The notes below the pieces were generated by a model. That model searched no databases, was not told the DNA's origin, and saw only the letters and a program-made list of their open reading frames with translations. A DNA stretch of 63,159 nucleotides, filler included, from Acidimicrobiia bacterium (GTDB lineage Bacteria; Actinomycetota; Acidimicrobiia; Spongiisociales; SHLN01), in assembly GCA_041619515.1 (NCBI GenBank). It is 2 parts of 2 records of this genome, joined end to end, with 100 filler letters (N's around TTAATTAATTAA, not from the genome) between each part and the next. Parts side by side here need not be neighbours in the genome. Positions count along the whole stretch, not along the records: positions 31,915 to 63,159 come from JBFKDW010000030.1; 1 more part is not named here. One strand, 5' to 3'. Below are positions 44,313 through 55,103 of the stretch, in pieces. Each line of letters begins with the position of its first letter. Position 1 is the stretch's first letter. Made by a program: the position numbers and the translations under genes.

Positions 44313-45280
44313 GAATCGCGTCCAGCAAGAGGTTGATGCTCTTTTCGGGCTCGGCCAATATGCCGCTCGCCGAGGATGTCGCCGAGATCCTCGGCGTGCC
44401 GCTGGGAGACGTCGAGCGCTCATCCTTCGCCAACGGCGAGATCTACGTCCGCTACAACGAGAGCGTGCGCGGCGCCGACTGCTTCGTCATCCAGAGTCAC
44501 AGCAGCCCGATCAACCACCACATCATGGAACAGCTCATCATGATCGATGCGCTGCACCGGGCATCGGCGAAGCGGATAACCGCCGTGGTTCCCTTCTTCG
44601 GCTACGCCCGCCAGGACAAGAAGGTGCGAGCCCGCGAGCCGATCTCCGCCCGGCTGCTCGCCGACATGTTCCTGGCCGCCGGGGCCGACCGGATTGTCTC
44701 GGTCGACCTTCACACCGGACAGATACAGGGCTTCACCTCGACCCCGTTCGACCATTTGACGGCGTTGCACGGTTTCGCCGACTATCTCGCCGGGACCATG
44801 GGCGGCCCGTCCGTGATCGTGTCACCGGATTCGGGTCGTGTGAAGCTGGCTGAGAAGTACGCCAAGCATCTCGGAACCGAGATGGCCCTCATCTACAAGC
44901 GCAGGCGAACCGATCTCCGGAACGATGTCGAGGCGTTATGGGTGGTCGGTGAGGTCGAGGACCGCCACGCCATCATCGTCGACGACATGGTGGACACGGC
45001 AGGCACCCTCATCTCCGCAGCCAAGCTGTTGAAGGCACGCGGAGCTCTGACCGTGCGGGCGGTGGCAACCCACGGCGTGCTGTCTCACCCGGCGGTGGAT
45101 CGAATCAAGAACTCGGTTCTCGAGGAGCTCATCATCACAAATTCCCTGCCGCTCCCGTCCGCTGCGGAGGGACTGCCCAACCTGTCGGTCCTGTCGATCG
45201 CCCCGCAGCTGGCGCAGGCGATCGAGGCAATCTTCAACGACGCCTCGGTGAGCAAGCTATTCCGCGGCGAGAACTTCTAG
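44309..45280 (+). CDS. prs: Ribose-phosphate diphosphokinase
   Basis: FANGE, YARQDKK, VDLHTGQIQGF, VSPD.G and VDDMVDTAGT. Confidence 0.96.
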   Translation: MRIASSKRLMLFSGSANMPLAEDVAEILGVPLGDVERSSFANGEIYVRYNESVRGADCFVIQSHSSPINHHIMEQLIMIDALHRASAKRITAVVPFFGYARQDKKVRAREPISARLLADMFLAAGADRIVSVDLHTGQIQGFTSTPFDHLTALHGFADYLAGTMGGPSVIVSPDSGRVKLAEKYAKHLGTEMALIYKRRRTDLRNDVEALWVVGEVEDRHAIIVDDMVDTAGTLISAAKLLKARGALTVRAVATHGVLSHPAVDRIKNSVLEELIITNSLPLPSAAEGLPNLSVLSIAPQLAQAIEAIFNDASVSKLFRGENF

Positions 45281-45342
45281 GGATCGGGTCTTCTGCCCGA
45301 ATGCCACGGCGCCACCGGCGAGGCAACCCAGGTGAACCGGCC

Positions 45343-47169
45343 CTAGCCGGGGAGCTCGGCGATCAGCCCGCTCATGGCCGGGAGCGGCGTGTCTCCGACG
45401 AGGACGGTCGCTCCCGCCGGCAGCACGAAATTCAGGTCCGTCGCACCGTTGTTGACGACCACCAGGATCTTCGCTCCCTCGAGCTCCCGCCTGAAGGCAA
45501 ATCCGTCCCCGAGGCGGGCGTGCTCTCGAAACTCGCCGAGTCGTAGGGCCGGGTATTGCCGCCTCAGACTCGTCAGCTCCCGGATGTGATCGATCAGTCC
45601 CGGTGTCCACAGGGACTCGTCCCACGGGAAGGCTGCGCGGTTGTGCGGGTCCCTGCCGCCGCTGAGGCCCACCTCATCGCCGTAATAGAGGCCGGGGGCG
45701 CCGGGCATGGTGAGCTGCAGGAAGGTGGCGAGCCGGAGGGCGTCGACGTTGCCCTCGGCTAGGTGGACGAAACGCTCGACATCGTGGCTGCCGATCAGGT
45801 TGTGGCTGACGTCGGTAACGGGCTGGGGGTACATCGCGAGCATGGCATGGATGCCGTCGACCATGGCATTGGTGTCGAGGGTGCCGGTGGCGAAGTACCC
45901 GACGCACAGATCCCGGAACGTGTAGTTCATCGTTGCGTCGAACTGGTCGCCCTGTAGCCAGTCGGACGTATCGCCCCATATCTCAGCCAGCAGATAGGCG
46001 TCGGGGTTTACGGCACGGATCGCTAGCCGTGCCTCCCGCCAGAAATCGTGGCTCGGCTCGCGAGCCACGTCCATCCGCCAGCCGTCGATCTCGAATTCCC
46101 TCATCCAGTAGCCGGCAATGTCGAGGAAGTAGTCGCGGGCGGCGGGATGGTCGAGGTTGATCTGTGGCATGGTCGGGACTCCGTACCAGGCCCGGTAGGT
46201 TGGCTCGACGGGGGGCCCGTGGTCGGTGCGCTCCTCGATGGATAGGCCGGCCCGGACAAGGTCGGCCTTCAGGGCGTCGTAGTAGCCGGCCGGGTAGTAA
46301 TCGCGGGCCGCCCGGTCGCGTACCAGCACCCGCAGCGGCCAGTCGTACACCGTGAACCAACCGGCGTGGTCGGCTTCCCGGCCGTTGGCAATCAGATCCT
46401 GGAACGGGGGAAAGGTCGGATGGCAGTGATCGAAGGCAACGTCCAGGATCACGCGGATATCCCGCTGGTGGGCCGCTTTCACCAGATCTCTGAGCGCATC
46501 GTCGCCTCCGAAGGCGGGATCGACCGTGTGGAAGTCGGACGTGTCGTATTTGTGGGTGGACGGCGAGGTGAAGATCGGGTTCAGGTAGACGGCGTCAACG
46601 CCGAGGTGAGCCAGGTAGTCGAGCCGGTCGGTGATGCCGATGAGGTCTCCGCCCTGGAAGTCGAGCGGATGCGGGGGCGAGCCCCACTCGGCCCGGCGCT
46701 CGGGCGTCAACGACGGATCGCCGTTGACGAATCGCTCGGGGAACACCTGATAGATCACAGCGCCCTTCGCCCACTCCGGGACATCGATCGGCGTGAGCGC
46801 GGCGGGGTCGATGGCGAAGTGGGCATCTTGCCCTTCGATGGCGCCGGCAACGCCGGAGGGGCCCCAGTAGACCGGAGCGCCGTCACGGTCTCTGAACGCC
46901 AGGGAGTAGTGGAGCGGGCGGGCCGACGAGGGGAGCAACACGGCTTCCCAGTATGTGAAGCGGCGCCCTCTTCCTCTCACGACGAATGGAACCCCATCGT
47001 CACCGATGACCACCGCCCCTTCCACGAGCTCGGGCTGGGTGTGGCATCGGACTCGGAGCCTGCCATCAGGCATACGATCGAGAAAGGCTCGATTCGCCGG
47101 ATCATGCCGGACGTCGAACGGATAGAGCGATCCCGGGATCCCGTAGTACTTGCCGCGGCGTGCCAACAT
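45343..47169 (-). CDS. GH13 glycoside hydrolase (neopullulanase/cyclomaltodextrinase/maltodextrin glucosidase-like)
   Basis: YQVFPERF.NGD, GGDL.GI, HKYDT.D, DGWRMDVA, AEIW, GSHD and YYGDEVG. Confidence 0.9.
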   Translation of the reverse strand: MLARRGKYYGIPGSLYPFDVRHDPANRAFLDRMPDGRLRVRCHTQPELVEGAVVIGDDGVPFVVRGRGRRFTYWEAVLLPSSARPLHYSLAFRDRDGAPVYWGPSGVAGAIEGQDAHFAIDPAALTPIDVPEWAKGAVIYQVFPERFVNGDPSLTPERRAEWGSPPHPLDFQGGDLIGITDRLDYLAHLGVDAVYLNPIFTSPSTHKYDTSDFHTVDPAFGGDDALRDLVKAAHQRDIRVILDVAFDHCHPTFPPFQDLIANGREADHAGWFTVYDWPLRVLVRDRAARDYYPAGYYDALKADLVRAGLSIEERTDHGPPVEPTYRAWYGVPTMPQINLDHPAARDYFLDIAGYWMREFEIDGWRMDVAREPSHDFWREARLAIRAVNPDAYLLAEIWGDTSDWLQGDQFDATMNYTFRDLCVGYFATGTLDTNAMVDGIHAMLAMYPQPVTDVSHNLIGSHDVERFVHLAEGNVDALRLATFLQLTMPGAPGLYYGDEVGLSGGRDPHNRAAFPWDESLWTPGLIDHIRELTSLRRQYPALRLGEFREHARLGDGFAFRRELEGAKILVVVNNGATDLNFVLPAGATVLVGDTPLPAMSGLIAELPG

Positions 47170-47280
47170 CTTTCGAGAACGCAAACACAATCGCGCGCCG
47201 ATCACAAGCCCGCCGGCCCGCCGGCGGCCGAACCCGGTATCGGTGCCGCACGGGTTCTGCTCCGGCGCTAGCGTCGGGCT

Positions 47281-47910
47281 ATGGCCGGCATACGACGACT
47301 CACCGATTCATGTCTCATCATCACGACCGGGGACGGTGCCACGCTCTTTGACCCCGGCTTTCACTCGTTCAGCACCGGGGGCATCGATCTCGATTCCATT
47401 GGGGACATCCAGCGAGTGCTCATCACGCACGAGCACGGCGATCATGTGAGTGCCGATTTCGTGCGGTGGGTGCTCGATCGGGGCGAGGACGTGACGGTCC
47501 ATGCCAATCAAGCCGTGGCAGATCTCCTCGCTCCGCATGACATTCCCGTTGTCACGGAGACGCCGGTGGGGCTGACCGCCGAGGACGTGATACACGAGAC
47601 CACGCCGATGGGGACGGCGCCGCCCAATCGGAGCTTCACCGTCGACGGCGTCTTCACCCACCCGGGAGACAGCTATCAGCCGACGATGACCGCGCCCGTT
47701 CTGGCGCTTCCTCTCCTGATCCCGTGGGGCTCCACCCATCAGTCGCTGGAGTTCGCCCGGCGACTCCGCCCACGGCAAGTCGTGCCGATCCACGATTTCT
47801 ACCTGAGCGCAGACGGTCGAGGGTGGATGGCTGACCTGGCGCGCACCGTCCTCGCAAAATCCGATATCGAGCTCGTGCCTCTCGACTGGGGCGAGAGTTA
47901 CTCGGTGTAG
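47281..47910 (+). CDS. MBL-fold metallo-hydrolase
   Basis: FDPG, ITHEHGDH, HPGDS and VPIHD. Confidence 0.85.
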   Translation: MAGIRRLTDSCLIITTGDGATLFDPGFHSFSTGGIDLDSIGDIQRVLITHEHGDHVSADFVRWVLDRGEDVTVHANQAVADLLAPHDIPVVTETPVGLTAEDVIHETTPMGTAPPNRSFTVDGVFTHPGDSYQPTMTAPVLALPLLIPWGSTHQSLEFARRLRPRQVVPIHDFYLSADGRGWMADLARTVLAKSDIELVPLDWGESYSV

Positions 47911-47914
47911 GCGG

Positions 47915-48319
47915 ATGGATACGGCGCTGCTGGAACTCCACACCGGGCCAGGACGAGAGGTGGTCGACATCACCGAGCAGGTGAGCAGCTTCGTTGCGAA
48001 CAAGGGTGACGGGATCGTCCAGGTGTTCTGTCCGCACGCCACCGCCGGGGTGGCGCTGATCGAGGTTGGCGCCGGCAGTGACGCCGACCTGCTCGACATC
48101 GTCGATCATGTGCTTCCGCCCGGCTTCGACTATCGGCATCGCCACGGCTCGCCCGGCCACGGGGCCGACCATGTCTTGCCTGCGTTCATAGCTCCCTCCA
48201 TCACCATTCCCGTCCTAGAAGGTCGGATGCAGCTCGGGACATGGCAATCGGTGGTCGTGGTCGACCCGAACCGGGACAACCCGCATCGGCGGGTGAGGAT
48301 CAGCTTCCTGACCGGATAG
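47915..48319 (+). CDS. YjbQ family protein (secondary thiamine-phosphate synthase, UPF0047)
   Basis: PHATAG, YRHRHGSPGHGADHV and LGTWQS. Confidence 0.88.
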   Translation: MDTALLELHTGPGREVVDITEQVSSFVANKGDGIVQVFCPHATAGVALIEVGAGSDADLLDIVDHVLPPGFDYRHRHGSPGHGADHVLPAFIAPSITIPVLEGRMQLGTWQSVVVVDPNRDNPHRRVRISFLTG

Positions 48320-48336
48320 TGTCCAACGGGCCGGAG

Positions 48337-50295
48337 CTAGACGTCCCTGGCCGACACGATCACCTCGACCAGCGACGGTTTGCCCTTCACGGCGATAGCG
48401 GCGGCGAGGGCGTCCTCGAGCTCGTCTCCCGAATCGACCCGGAAACCCTCCCCGCCGCAAATGCGGGCGAACTCGGCGAAATCGGGGTTGACGAGGCTCG
48501 TCTGCCAAACCGGGCGATAGGCGCCGATCTGTTCACGGCTGATCTTGCCGAGCTCATCGTTGTTCAGCAGGACATGGGTGATGTCCATCTCGTATTTGAC
48601 CGCAGTAGTGAATTCGGCGAGGTACTGGCCGAACCCGCCGTCGCCGGAAATGCTCACCACTTTGCGCGAGCCCCTCGTCGCAGCCCACGCCCCCAGCGCC
48701 GCCGGGAAGGCAAACCCGATCGAACCGAGGTAACCCGACATGATGACGTCCTGGCCCGGCTTGGTTTCGAAGTAGTGACCGTAGGCGTAGGTGTTGTTGC
48801 CCACATCCACGGGCATCACGGCATTCTCCGGGACCACCCGGCTCATCACCTCGAACAGGCGGGCCGGGTGCATTCTGCCCTTGGGGTCGACGAGCTCGGA
48901 CCGGTGGGCCTTCTGGGCCCGCCACCTGGCTTTGCGGTCGGAGACCTCACGCCGGATCTCGGGCCGATCCCGTGCGGTCAGGCGCTCGCTGAGCAGCCCG
49001 CATGTCACCCCGATCTCGCCCCAAACCGGCACGTCGACCTGATGGAACTTGCCGAGCATCATGCGGTCGAAGTCGACCTGGATGGTCGGCTTGTTCTTCG
49101 AGATACCGGTGTGATTGGAGAACGAAGCCCCGAACACCAGCAACACGTCGGCTCGGCCCATCACGGCTGCCGAGATGGGCGTGCCTGAGCGCCCGAGTGG
49201 GCCGGTCCCGAGTGGATGGTCGTCCGGGATGATCCCTTTGGCCTTGAACGTCGACAGGACCGGCGCATCGATGTGCTCGGCGAGCGCAATGATCTCATGG
49301 CGGAAGGGCCGGGCTCCGTTACCGACGATGATGACCGGCCGCTCGGCAGCCTCCAGCATCTTCACCGCCGCTTCCAGCTCGGCCGCGGGCGGTGTGATGC
49401 CCACCGTCGAGATGCGCCCCGCCTTCGGCTTGGGCGGGGGGTCGGCCAGGCCCTCCAGGTCCTGCGTGTCGTCGGGAAAGATCAGATGGGCGACGTCTCG
49501 GTTGACGATCGCATGCTTGAGTGCCAGCGCCATCAGCTCGGAGGCATTGTCTCGCACGAGCACGGTTTGGCTCCATTCGGCCACTGCCTCGAAGGCGGCG
49601 GCGGTCGGAATCTCCTGGAACGCGCCGGGACCGAGGACCTGCGTGTTGACCTGGCCGGTGAGGGCGAGAATCGGGACCCGGTCGACCTTGGCGTCCCACA
49701 AGCCGGTGAGCAGGTTGGTGGCACCGGGACCGGCGATCGAGAAGCAGGCGGCGGGATTGCCGGTGAGCTTGGCGTAGCCGCTGGCGGCAAAGGCTGCGGC
49801 CCCTTCGTGACGAATGCCGAAATAGCGGAGCCGGCCGTCTTGCTCGGCGTGCTGGAGGGCTTCGGCCAGACCGAGGTTGGAATGGCCCACCATGCCAAAC
49901 ACCGTGTCCACCCCCCAATCGGTCATCACGTCGACCATCTGGTCCATGATCGACGGCTTCTCCACCATGACGGGCAGCTCGACGTACAGCCCGTCTTCTC
50001 GCTCTTCGAGCTCGAAGCACGAGGCACGGTCACCATATCCTTCGGGCGGAGAGCCCGAGAGCGGGTCGTATTCGTAGCCGTGCCAGGGGCATATCACCCA
50101 TCCGCGTTCGTCGATCTCGCCGTCGCCGAGCGGTCCTCCCTGGTGGGGGCAGTGATTGTCCAATGCTCCCCACCCGTCGCGGGTGCGGCTGATCGCCAGG
50201 GCTCTGTTGCCCACGACCACCGTGGTGATGTGGCCCACCTTCAGGTCGCCGGGGTCGATCCTGTGCCACTCCGTGGCTTCGCTCTTCTCGTGCAT
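48337..50295 (-). CDS. Rieske [2Fe-2S] domain fused to a TPP-dependent enzyme of the pyruvate oxidase/acetolactate synthase family
   Basis: Rieske CPHQGGPL...CPWHG; PYR domain IRHEGAAAFAA and GPGATN; PP domain GDGGF...LNN. Confidence 0.9.
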   Translation of the reverse strand: MHEKSEATEWHRIDPGDLKVGHITTVVVGNRALAISRTRDGWGALDNHCPHQGGPLGDGEIDERGWVICPWHGYEYDPLSGSPPEGYGDRASCFELEEREDGLYVELPVMVEKPSIMDQMVDVMTDWGVDTVFGMVGHSNLGLAEALQHAEQDGRLRYFGIRHEGAAAFAASGYAKLTGNPAACFSIAGPGATNLLTGLWDAKVDRVPILALTGQVNTQVLGPGAFQEIPTAAAFEAVAEWSQTVLVRDNASELMALALKHAIVNRDVAHLIFPDDTQDLEGLADPPPKPKAGRISTVGITPPAAELEAAVKMLEAAERPVIIVGNGARPFRHEIIALAEHIDAPVLSTFKAKGIIPDDHPLGTGPLGRSGTPISAAVMGRADVLLVFGASFSNHTGISKNKPTIQVDFDRMMLGKFHQVDVPVWGEIGVTCGLLSERLTARDRPEIRREVSDRKARWRAQKAHRSELVDPKGRMHPARLFEVMSRVVPENAVMPVDVGNNTYAYGHYFETKPGQDVIMSGYLGSIGFAFPAALGAWAATRGSRKVVSISGDGGFGQYLAEFTTAVKYEMDITHVLLNNDELGKISREQIGAYRPVWQTSLVNPDFAEFARICGGEGFRVDSGDELEDALAAAIAVKGKPSLVEVIVSARDV

Positions 50296-50400
50296 TGCGT
50301 TTCCTCGGTGCGCTGTCCGCGAAACTAGCGGCGAGGGGTGGACTACGCAGCAGGGGCAGCTATTGTTACGCCGTTCTAGGCCTCTCGGAGGAGCACAGCC

Positions 50401-51081
50401 GTGTCCGAAACCACGCTCAAGGCAACCATCCGCACTGCGCTCGGCAGCGCCGAGGCGCGGCGCATGCGTCGAACCGGCAGTGTCCCTGCGGTCCTGTACG
50501 GCCGGGAGTCCGAGTCGACGTCGGTGACCGTTGACGGGCGTGAGCTCTATGCCGCCCTCCATACCGAGGCGGGCTTGAACGCAGTGATCACGCTGGAGCT
50601 GGACGGTACGCCGGTCACTACCCTCGCCCGGGAGGTTCAGCGTCATCCGCTCCGGGGAGACATCACCCACCTCGATTTCATCCGCATCTCACTCACCGAA
50701 ACGGTTGAAGCAGAAGTTGGGATCGACTTCGAAGGCATACCGGTCGGCGTCCGCGACGATGGCGGCATCGTCGAGACCATCCGGTCCACCGTCACGATCG
50801 AGGCGCTGCCGACCGCCATCCCTTCGAGCATCGAGCTGGATATCACCGAGCTCACCATTGGCGATGTCCTCCGGGTGTCGGACCTCCCGGTCATCGAAGG
50901 GGTCGAGTACCTGGACGATCCCGAGACGAGCCTCGTCACCGTGTCGGTGCCGGCGGCGATCATTGCCGAAGAAGCCGAAGAGGAATTGCTCGAGGGCGAG
51001 GAAGGCGAGGAAGGTGTCGAGCCTGGTGAAGAGGGCGATGAGAGCCCTGAGGCAGACGCTGGGGATTCAGACGGCGAGTAG
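50401..51081 (+). CDS. rplY: 50S ribosomal protein L25/Ctc
   Basis: RR.G.VPAVLYG, REVQRHP, HLDF and an acidic tail. Confidence 0.94.
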   Translation: MSETTLKATIRTALGSAEARRMRRTGSVPAVLYGRESESTSVTVDGRELYAALHTEAGLNAVITLELDGTPVTTLAREVQRHPLRGDITHLDFIRISLTETVEAEVGIDFEGIPVGVRDDGGIVETIRSTVTIEALPTAIPSSIELDITELTIGDVLRVSDLPVIEGVEYLDDPETSLVTVSVPAAIIAEEAEEELLEGEEGEEGVEPGEEGDESPEADAGDSDGE

Positions 51082-51664
51082 TCCGGACGCTGCAATCTTG
51101 CTGATCGGGCTTCGCAACCCCGGATCGCGCTACGCCGGTACCCGGCACAACGTCGGCGCCGAAGCCGTGCGGGTGGTGGGAGACCGGATGGGCGCATCTT
51201 TCCGGTCGGCTCCCCGCTCGATTCCGGCCGAGGTGGCCGACGGCCGTATCGGCGACACGCCGGTCCGCCTCGCACTGCCGACGACATTCATGAACGAATC
51301 GGGCCGGGCCGTCGGGCCGCTAACGCGCTATTTCTCGCCCTCGTCTTTCGTCGTCGCCCACGACGACATCGATCTGAAGTTCGGAACGATGCGGGTCCAC
51401 TACGGGCGAGGATCGGGCGGGCACAACGGAATCAAGTCCATCGTGGATACCGCCGGAGGCACGGAGTTCTGGCGTCTGCGTATCGGGGTCGGCCGCCCTC
51501 CCGGTCGCATGGATCCCGCCGACTTCGTGCTTCAACGCTTCGCTGCCTCAGAGGAGTCCGAGATCCTCATCCAGGAAGCCGCCGATGTGCTGGAGGCCTT
51601 CGTCGCCGGAGGCGCCGAGGCCGCTCGCAACGCGGCCAGCGACCGCGGGCCCGGGGAACGATAG
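51038..51664 (+). CDS. pth: Peptidyl-tRNA hydrolase (start uncertain: ATG 51038 or TTG 51098)
   Basis: GLRNPG..YA.TRHNVG, TFMNESG, HDDID, GGHNGIKS and RLRIGVGRP. Confidence 0.93.
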   Translation: MRALRQTLGIQTASSPDAAILLIGLRNPGSRYAGTRHNVGAEAVRVVGDRMGASFRSAPRSIPAEVADGRIGDTPVRLALPTTFMNESGRAVGPLTRYFSPSSFVVAHDDIDLKFGTMRVHYGRGSGGHNGIKSIVDTAGGTEFWRLRIGVGRPPGRMDPADFVLQRFAASEESEILIQEAADVLEAFVAGGAEAARNAASDRGPGER

Positions 51665-51749
51665 CGCCGGCCACCCCGACTGACCGGTTCTGCGTGGTGG
51701 CGCAGGTGGATGGTGCTGGAGCGTCACGCCTCGTTAACCTGCGTTCTTC

Positions 51750-54700
51750 ATGGCCCAGCTTGGTGCCTTTGTGGACCGGTGGTCCAAACTCGATGTACCG
51801 ACACCCCCCGGGCGGCTGGTGGTGCCGGCACCTCTGCGCGCCTTCTTCCTCGCCGGTATGGCCGGTTCGACCGCCGCGCCGGTGCTCGCCGTCGTGCCGG
51901 GCGAACAGGATGCCGACGAGCTGGTCGACGATCTGTCGCTGTTTTGGGATCATTCGCTGACGCTCCCGGCCTGGGAGACGCTCCCGTTCGAGCATGTATC
52001 GCCCAACGTGGCGACGATGGCGAGACGAGCCCGGGCACGCCATCTGCTTGGCGCCGGTGCGCGTGGGACGGTGATAGTGGCCTCGGTACGCGCCGTCGTG
52101 CAGCGGCTCAGCCCGTCTTCCTTTGAGCCGATCACGCTTGGCTCCGGCTCGGTGCAAGATCCGGTGGAGCTGACCGCCCGGCTGGGCGCCTTCGGCTACC
52201 ACCGGACCGATCGGGTGGAGGGCCGGGGGGAGTTCGCAGTTCGCGGCGGTATCGTCGACGTCTATCCGGCCGCCGCCGACGGCCCGGTGCGGGTCGAGTT
52301 CTGGGGTGACGAGGTAGAGACGATTCGCCGCTTCTCGGTCGGTACCCAGCGCTCGGGTGAACCGACCGAGCTCGTGGCCTATCCGGCACGGGAGGTGCGG
52401 GTTTCCGATGTCACCCGGAAGCGAGCACGAGAGCTGCTGACCAGCGCACCGTGGGCGGCTGCGACCTGGGACCGGTTCAGCGAGGGGCTGTTGTTCGCCG
52501 GGATGGAGTCGTGGATGCCGTGGCTGGCCCCCGAGCGCACCGTCCTCGCCGAGCTCACGCCGGGCACGGCCGTGATCATGTTCGACCCGGTTCGGTGCCG
52601 GGCCCGCAGCCTCGAGCTGCGGACGGAGGAGGCTGATCTGGCCGAAGCGCTGGCACCCACCTGGGGGGACAGCAGCCCGGCGGCCGGGGAGCATCCCAAC
52701 CTGTACCTCGATCTCGACACGGCCATGTCCGGCGTCGAGGTTCTCGAGGCGCCGCCCCTGGCGGCAGGCCCGGCCGATCGCGGGTTGGAGATACGAGGGC
52801 TGGACGCCGCCGCCGGTGACGCTGCTTCGGTCGCCGCCGCCATCAACCGGTTGCGGACCCGGGGCATCGACGTGGTGGTGGCGATGGACGGCACGGCCGC
52901 AGCCGATCGGGTGAGCAAGGTTTTGGCCGAGGAGGGCATGGAGCTCCCCCGTCATGATGCGGAGGGTCGATCCGCAGTCATCTCCGACGGCATCCATCGC
53001 GGTTTCGTCTTCCCGGCTGCTTCGCTCGCCGTCGTCGGCGAACAGGAAGTGGCCGGCCGCCGTCGCGCTCACCGCCACGCCACTCGAGGAAGCGAGCGTC
53101 CCGGTGAGCGCTATCGGGACCTCGAAGAAGGCAGCTACGTCATCCATCATCGACACGGGATCGGCCGTTTCGAGGGTCTCGTCACCCAGGAGATGGCCGG
53201 CACCGAGCGCGACTATCTGTTGCTGGCATATGCGGCGGGTGACAAGCTGTACGTGCCCACGGATCAGCTGGCAGCGGTCCGGCCCTATACCGGGGGAGAG
53301 GTCCCCCGACTGTCCAGAATGGGTGGCGCCGACTGGTCGGCGACCCGTTCCAAGATCCGCCGGGAGCTGGCGGCCGTCGCCGAACGCGTCGTCGCCCTCC
53401 ACCGCGAACGAGCTTCCATCAGCGGCCACTCGTATGCTCCCGACTCGCCGTGGCAGAGCGAGTTCGAAGCAGCCTTTCCGTACGAGGAAACTCCTGATCA
53501 GCTCGCCGCCATCGAGGCCATGAAGGCAGACATGGAGGGGCCCGATCCGATGGATCGGCTCATCTTCGGCGACGTGGGATTCGGCAAGACCGAAATCGCT
53601 ATTCGGGGAGCATTCAAGGCCATCCAGGACGGACGGCAGGTGGCAGTGCTCGTCCCTACCACCCTGCTGGCTCAGCAGCATCACCAGACGTTGGGCGAGC
53701 GCTTCGCCGCCTACCCGGTGCGGGTGGAGGTGTTGAGCCGCTTTTTGACGGCTCGCCAGCAGCGCGAAGTCGTCACCGGCCTGGCCGAGGGAACCGTCGA
53801 TCTCGTCATCGGGACACATCGCCTGCTGAGCGATGATGTCGAGTTCAAGGATCTCGGTCTCTTGATCGTCGACGAGGAGCAGCGGTTCGGGGTCTCTGCC
53901 AAAGACCGGATCAAGGAGCTCCAGTCGCGCGTCGACGTGCTGACCCTCACGGCGACACCGATCCCCCGGACCCTCGAAATGGCGCTCACCGGGGTGCGGG
54001 AGGTCAGCCGCATCCAGACGCCCCCTCAGGACCGTCAGCCGATCCTCACCTATGTCGGCCCCTATGACGCTCCGTCGGTGTCGGCCGCCATTCGCCGCGA
54101 GCTGCTGCGCGAAGGCCAGGTGTTCTACGTCCACAACCGGGTGCAATCCATCGATCACGCCGTAGCCCGGCTCCAAGATCTGGTTCCTAACGCCCGCTAT
54201 GCCACCGCCCACGGAAGGATGAGCGAAGGCCGGCTGGAGCAAGTGATGCTCGACTTCTGGAACCACGAATACGACGTGCTGGTGGCGACCACCATCATCG
54301 AGTCGGGGCTCGACCTGCCGATGGTCAACACGTTGATCGTGGAGCGGGCCGATCTGCTCGGCCTCGGCCAGCTCTATCAGCTGCGCGGCCGGGTGGGCCG
54401 TTCCAGTCAGCGGGCGTACGCATACCTGTTCCATCCGCCCGAGGAGCGTCTGTCCGAGACCGCCTACCGCAGGTTGGAAGCGGTGGGCGAGCACACCGAC
54501 CTCGGGTCCGGTTTTGAGCTGGCCATGCGCGACCTCGAGATTCGTGGAGCGGGCAGCATGCTGGGGGAGGTCCAATCCGGCCACATCGCGGCAGTCGGCT
54601 TCGACCTCTATACCGAGCTGGTGGCAGAGGCCGTCCATGAGCTGCGCGGCACGAAGGCGCCGGACGCCGACCTCAAAGAGGTCCGGATCGATCTCGATGT

Positions 54701-55103
54701 CACCGCTCACCTGCCCGAGGATTACGTACCGGACCAGCCGGCCCGCCTCGAGGCTTACCGGCGGCTGGCGGCGGCTTCGAGCGCGGCAGAGGTGGATGAC
54801 GTCGCCGCCGAGTGGCGTGACCGGTATGGGCCGCTCCCACCCGAGGCGACGGTGCTGATCGACGTCGCCAGGCTGCGGGTGGAGGCACTTCGAGTCGGCT
54901 TGGAAGACATCGTCAAGCTGCGATCTGAGATCAAGCTCTCCCCGGTGGCGCTCACCGCCTCTCAGGAGGTGCGGCTGCAGCGCCTGGCCGGGAAGCCGGT
55001 GTTGCGGGGCAACGTGATCTTCGTTCCTGCGCCCAACGACCTTCCGGGCGGCCTCATCGAATTCGTGCGTACGATGTGGCCCGAGCAGAATGGGGAAGCA
55101 TGA
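51750..55103 (+). CDS. mfd: Transcription-repair coupling factor
   Basis: RGGIVDVY, CarD-like RID (HGIGRF), [32 protein letters not shown] and RDLEIRGAG. Confidence 0.97.
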   Translation: MAQLGAFVDRWSKLDVPTPPGRLVVPAPLRAFFLAGMAGSTAAPVLAVVPGEQDADELVDDLSLFWDHSLTLPAWETLPFEHVSPNVATMARRARARHLLGAGARGTVIVASVRAVVQRLSPSSFEPITLGSGSVQDPVELTARLGAFGYHRTDRVEGRGEFAVRGGIVDVYPAAADGPVRVEFWGDEVETIRRFSVGTQRSGEPTELVAYPAREVRVSDVTRKRARELLTSAPWAAATWDRFSEGLLFAGMESWMPWLAPERTVLAELTPGTAVIMFDPVRCRARSLELRTEEADLAEALAPTWGDSSPAAGEHPNLYLDLDTAMSGVEVLEAPPLAAGPADRGLEIRGLDAAAGDAASVAAAINRLRTRGIDVVVAMDGTAAADRVSKVLAEEGMELPRHDAEGRSAVISDGIHRGFVFPAASLAVVGEQEVAGRRRAHRHATRGSERPGERYRDLEEGSYVIHHRHGIGRFEGLVTQEMAGTERDYLLLAYAAGDKLYVPTDQLAAVRPYTGGEVPRLSRMGGADWSATRSKIRRELAAVAERVVALHRERASISGHSYAPDSPWQSEFEAAFPYEETPDQLAAIEAMKADMEGPDPMDRLIFGDVGFGKTEIAIRGAFKAIQDGRQVAVLVPTTLLAQQHHQTLGERFAAYPVRVEVLSRFLTARQQREVVTGLAEGTVDLVIGTHRLLSDDVEFKDLGLLIVDEEQRFGVSAKDRIKELQSRVDVLTLTATPIPRTLEMALTGVREVSRIQTPPQDRQPILTYVGPYDAPSVSAAIRRELLREGQVFYVHNRVQSIDHAVARLQDLVPNARYATAHGRMSEGRLEQVMLDFWNHEYDVLVATTIIESGLDLPMVNTLIVERADLLGLGQLYQLRGRVGRSSQRAYAYLFHPPEERLSETAYRRLEAVGEHTDLGSGFELAMRDLEIRGAGSMLGEVQSGHIAAVGFDLYTELVAEAVHELRGTKAPDADLKEVRIDLDVTAHLPEDYVPDQPARLEAYRRLAAASSAAEVDDVAAEWRDRYGPLPPEATVLIDVARLRVEALRVGLEDIVKLRSEIKLSPVALTASQEVRLQRLAGKPVLRGNVIFVPAPNDLPGGLIEFVRTMWPEQNGEA

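Noticed and set aside
50296..50670. N-terminal 125-aa extension of the Rieske-TPP ORF in the track
   Set aside because: Overlaps rplY on the opposite strand; GAGGAA precedes the ATG at 50295.
51567..54710. 1047-aa minus-strand ORF; similar long antisense ORFs at 2854-4332, 5460-6980, 21395-23200, 35495-37570 and 39128-40570
   Set aside because: Antisense shadows of well-supported genes, expected in high-GC DNA; no recognisable motifs.
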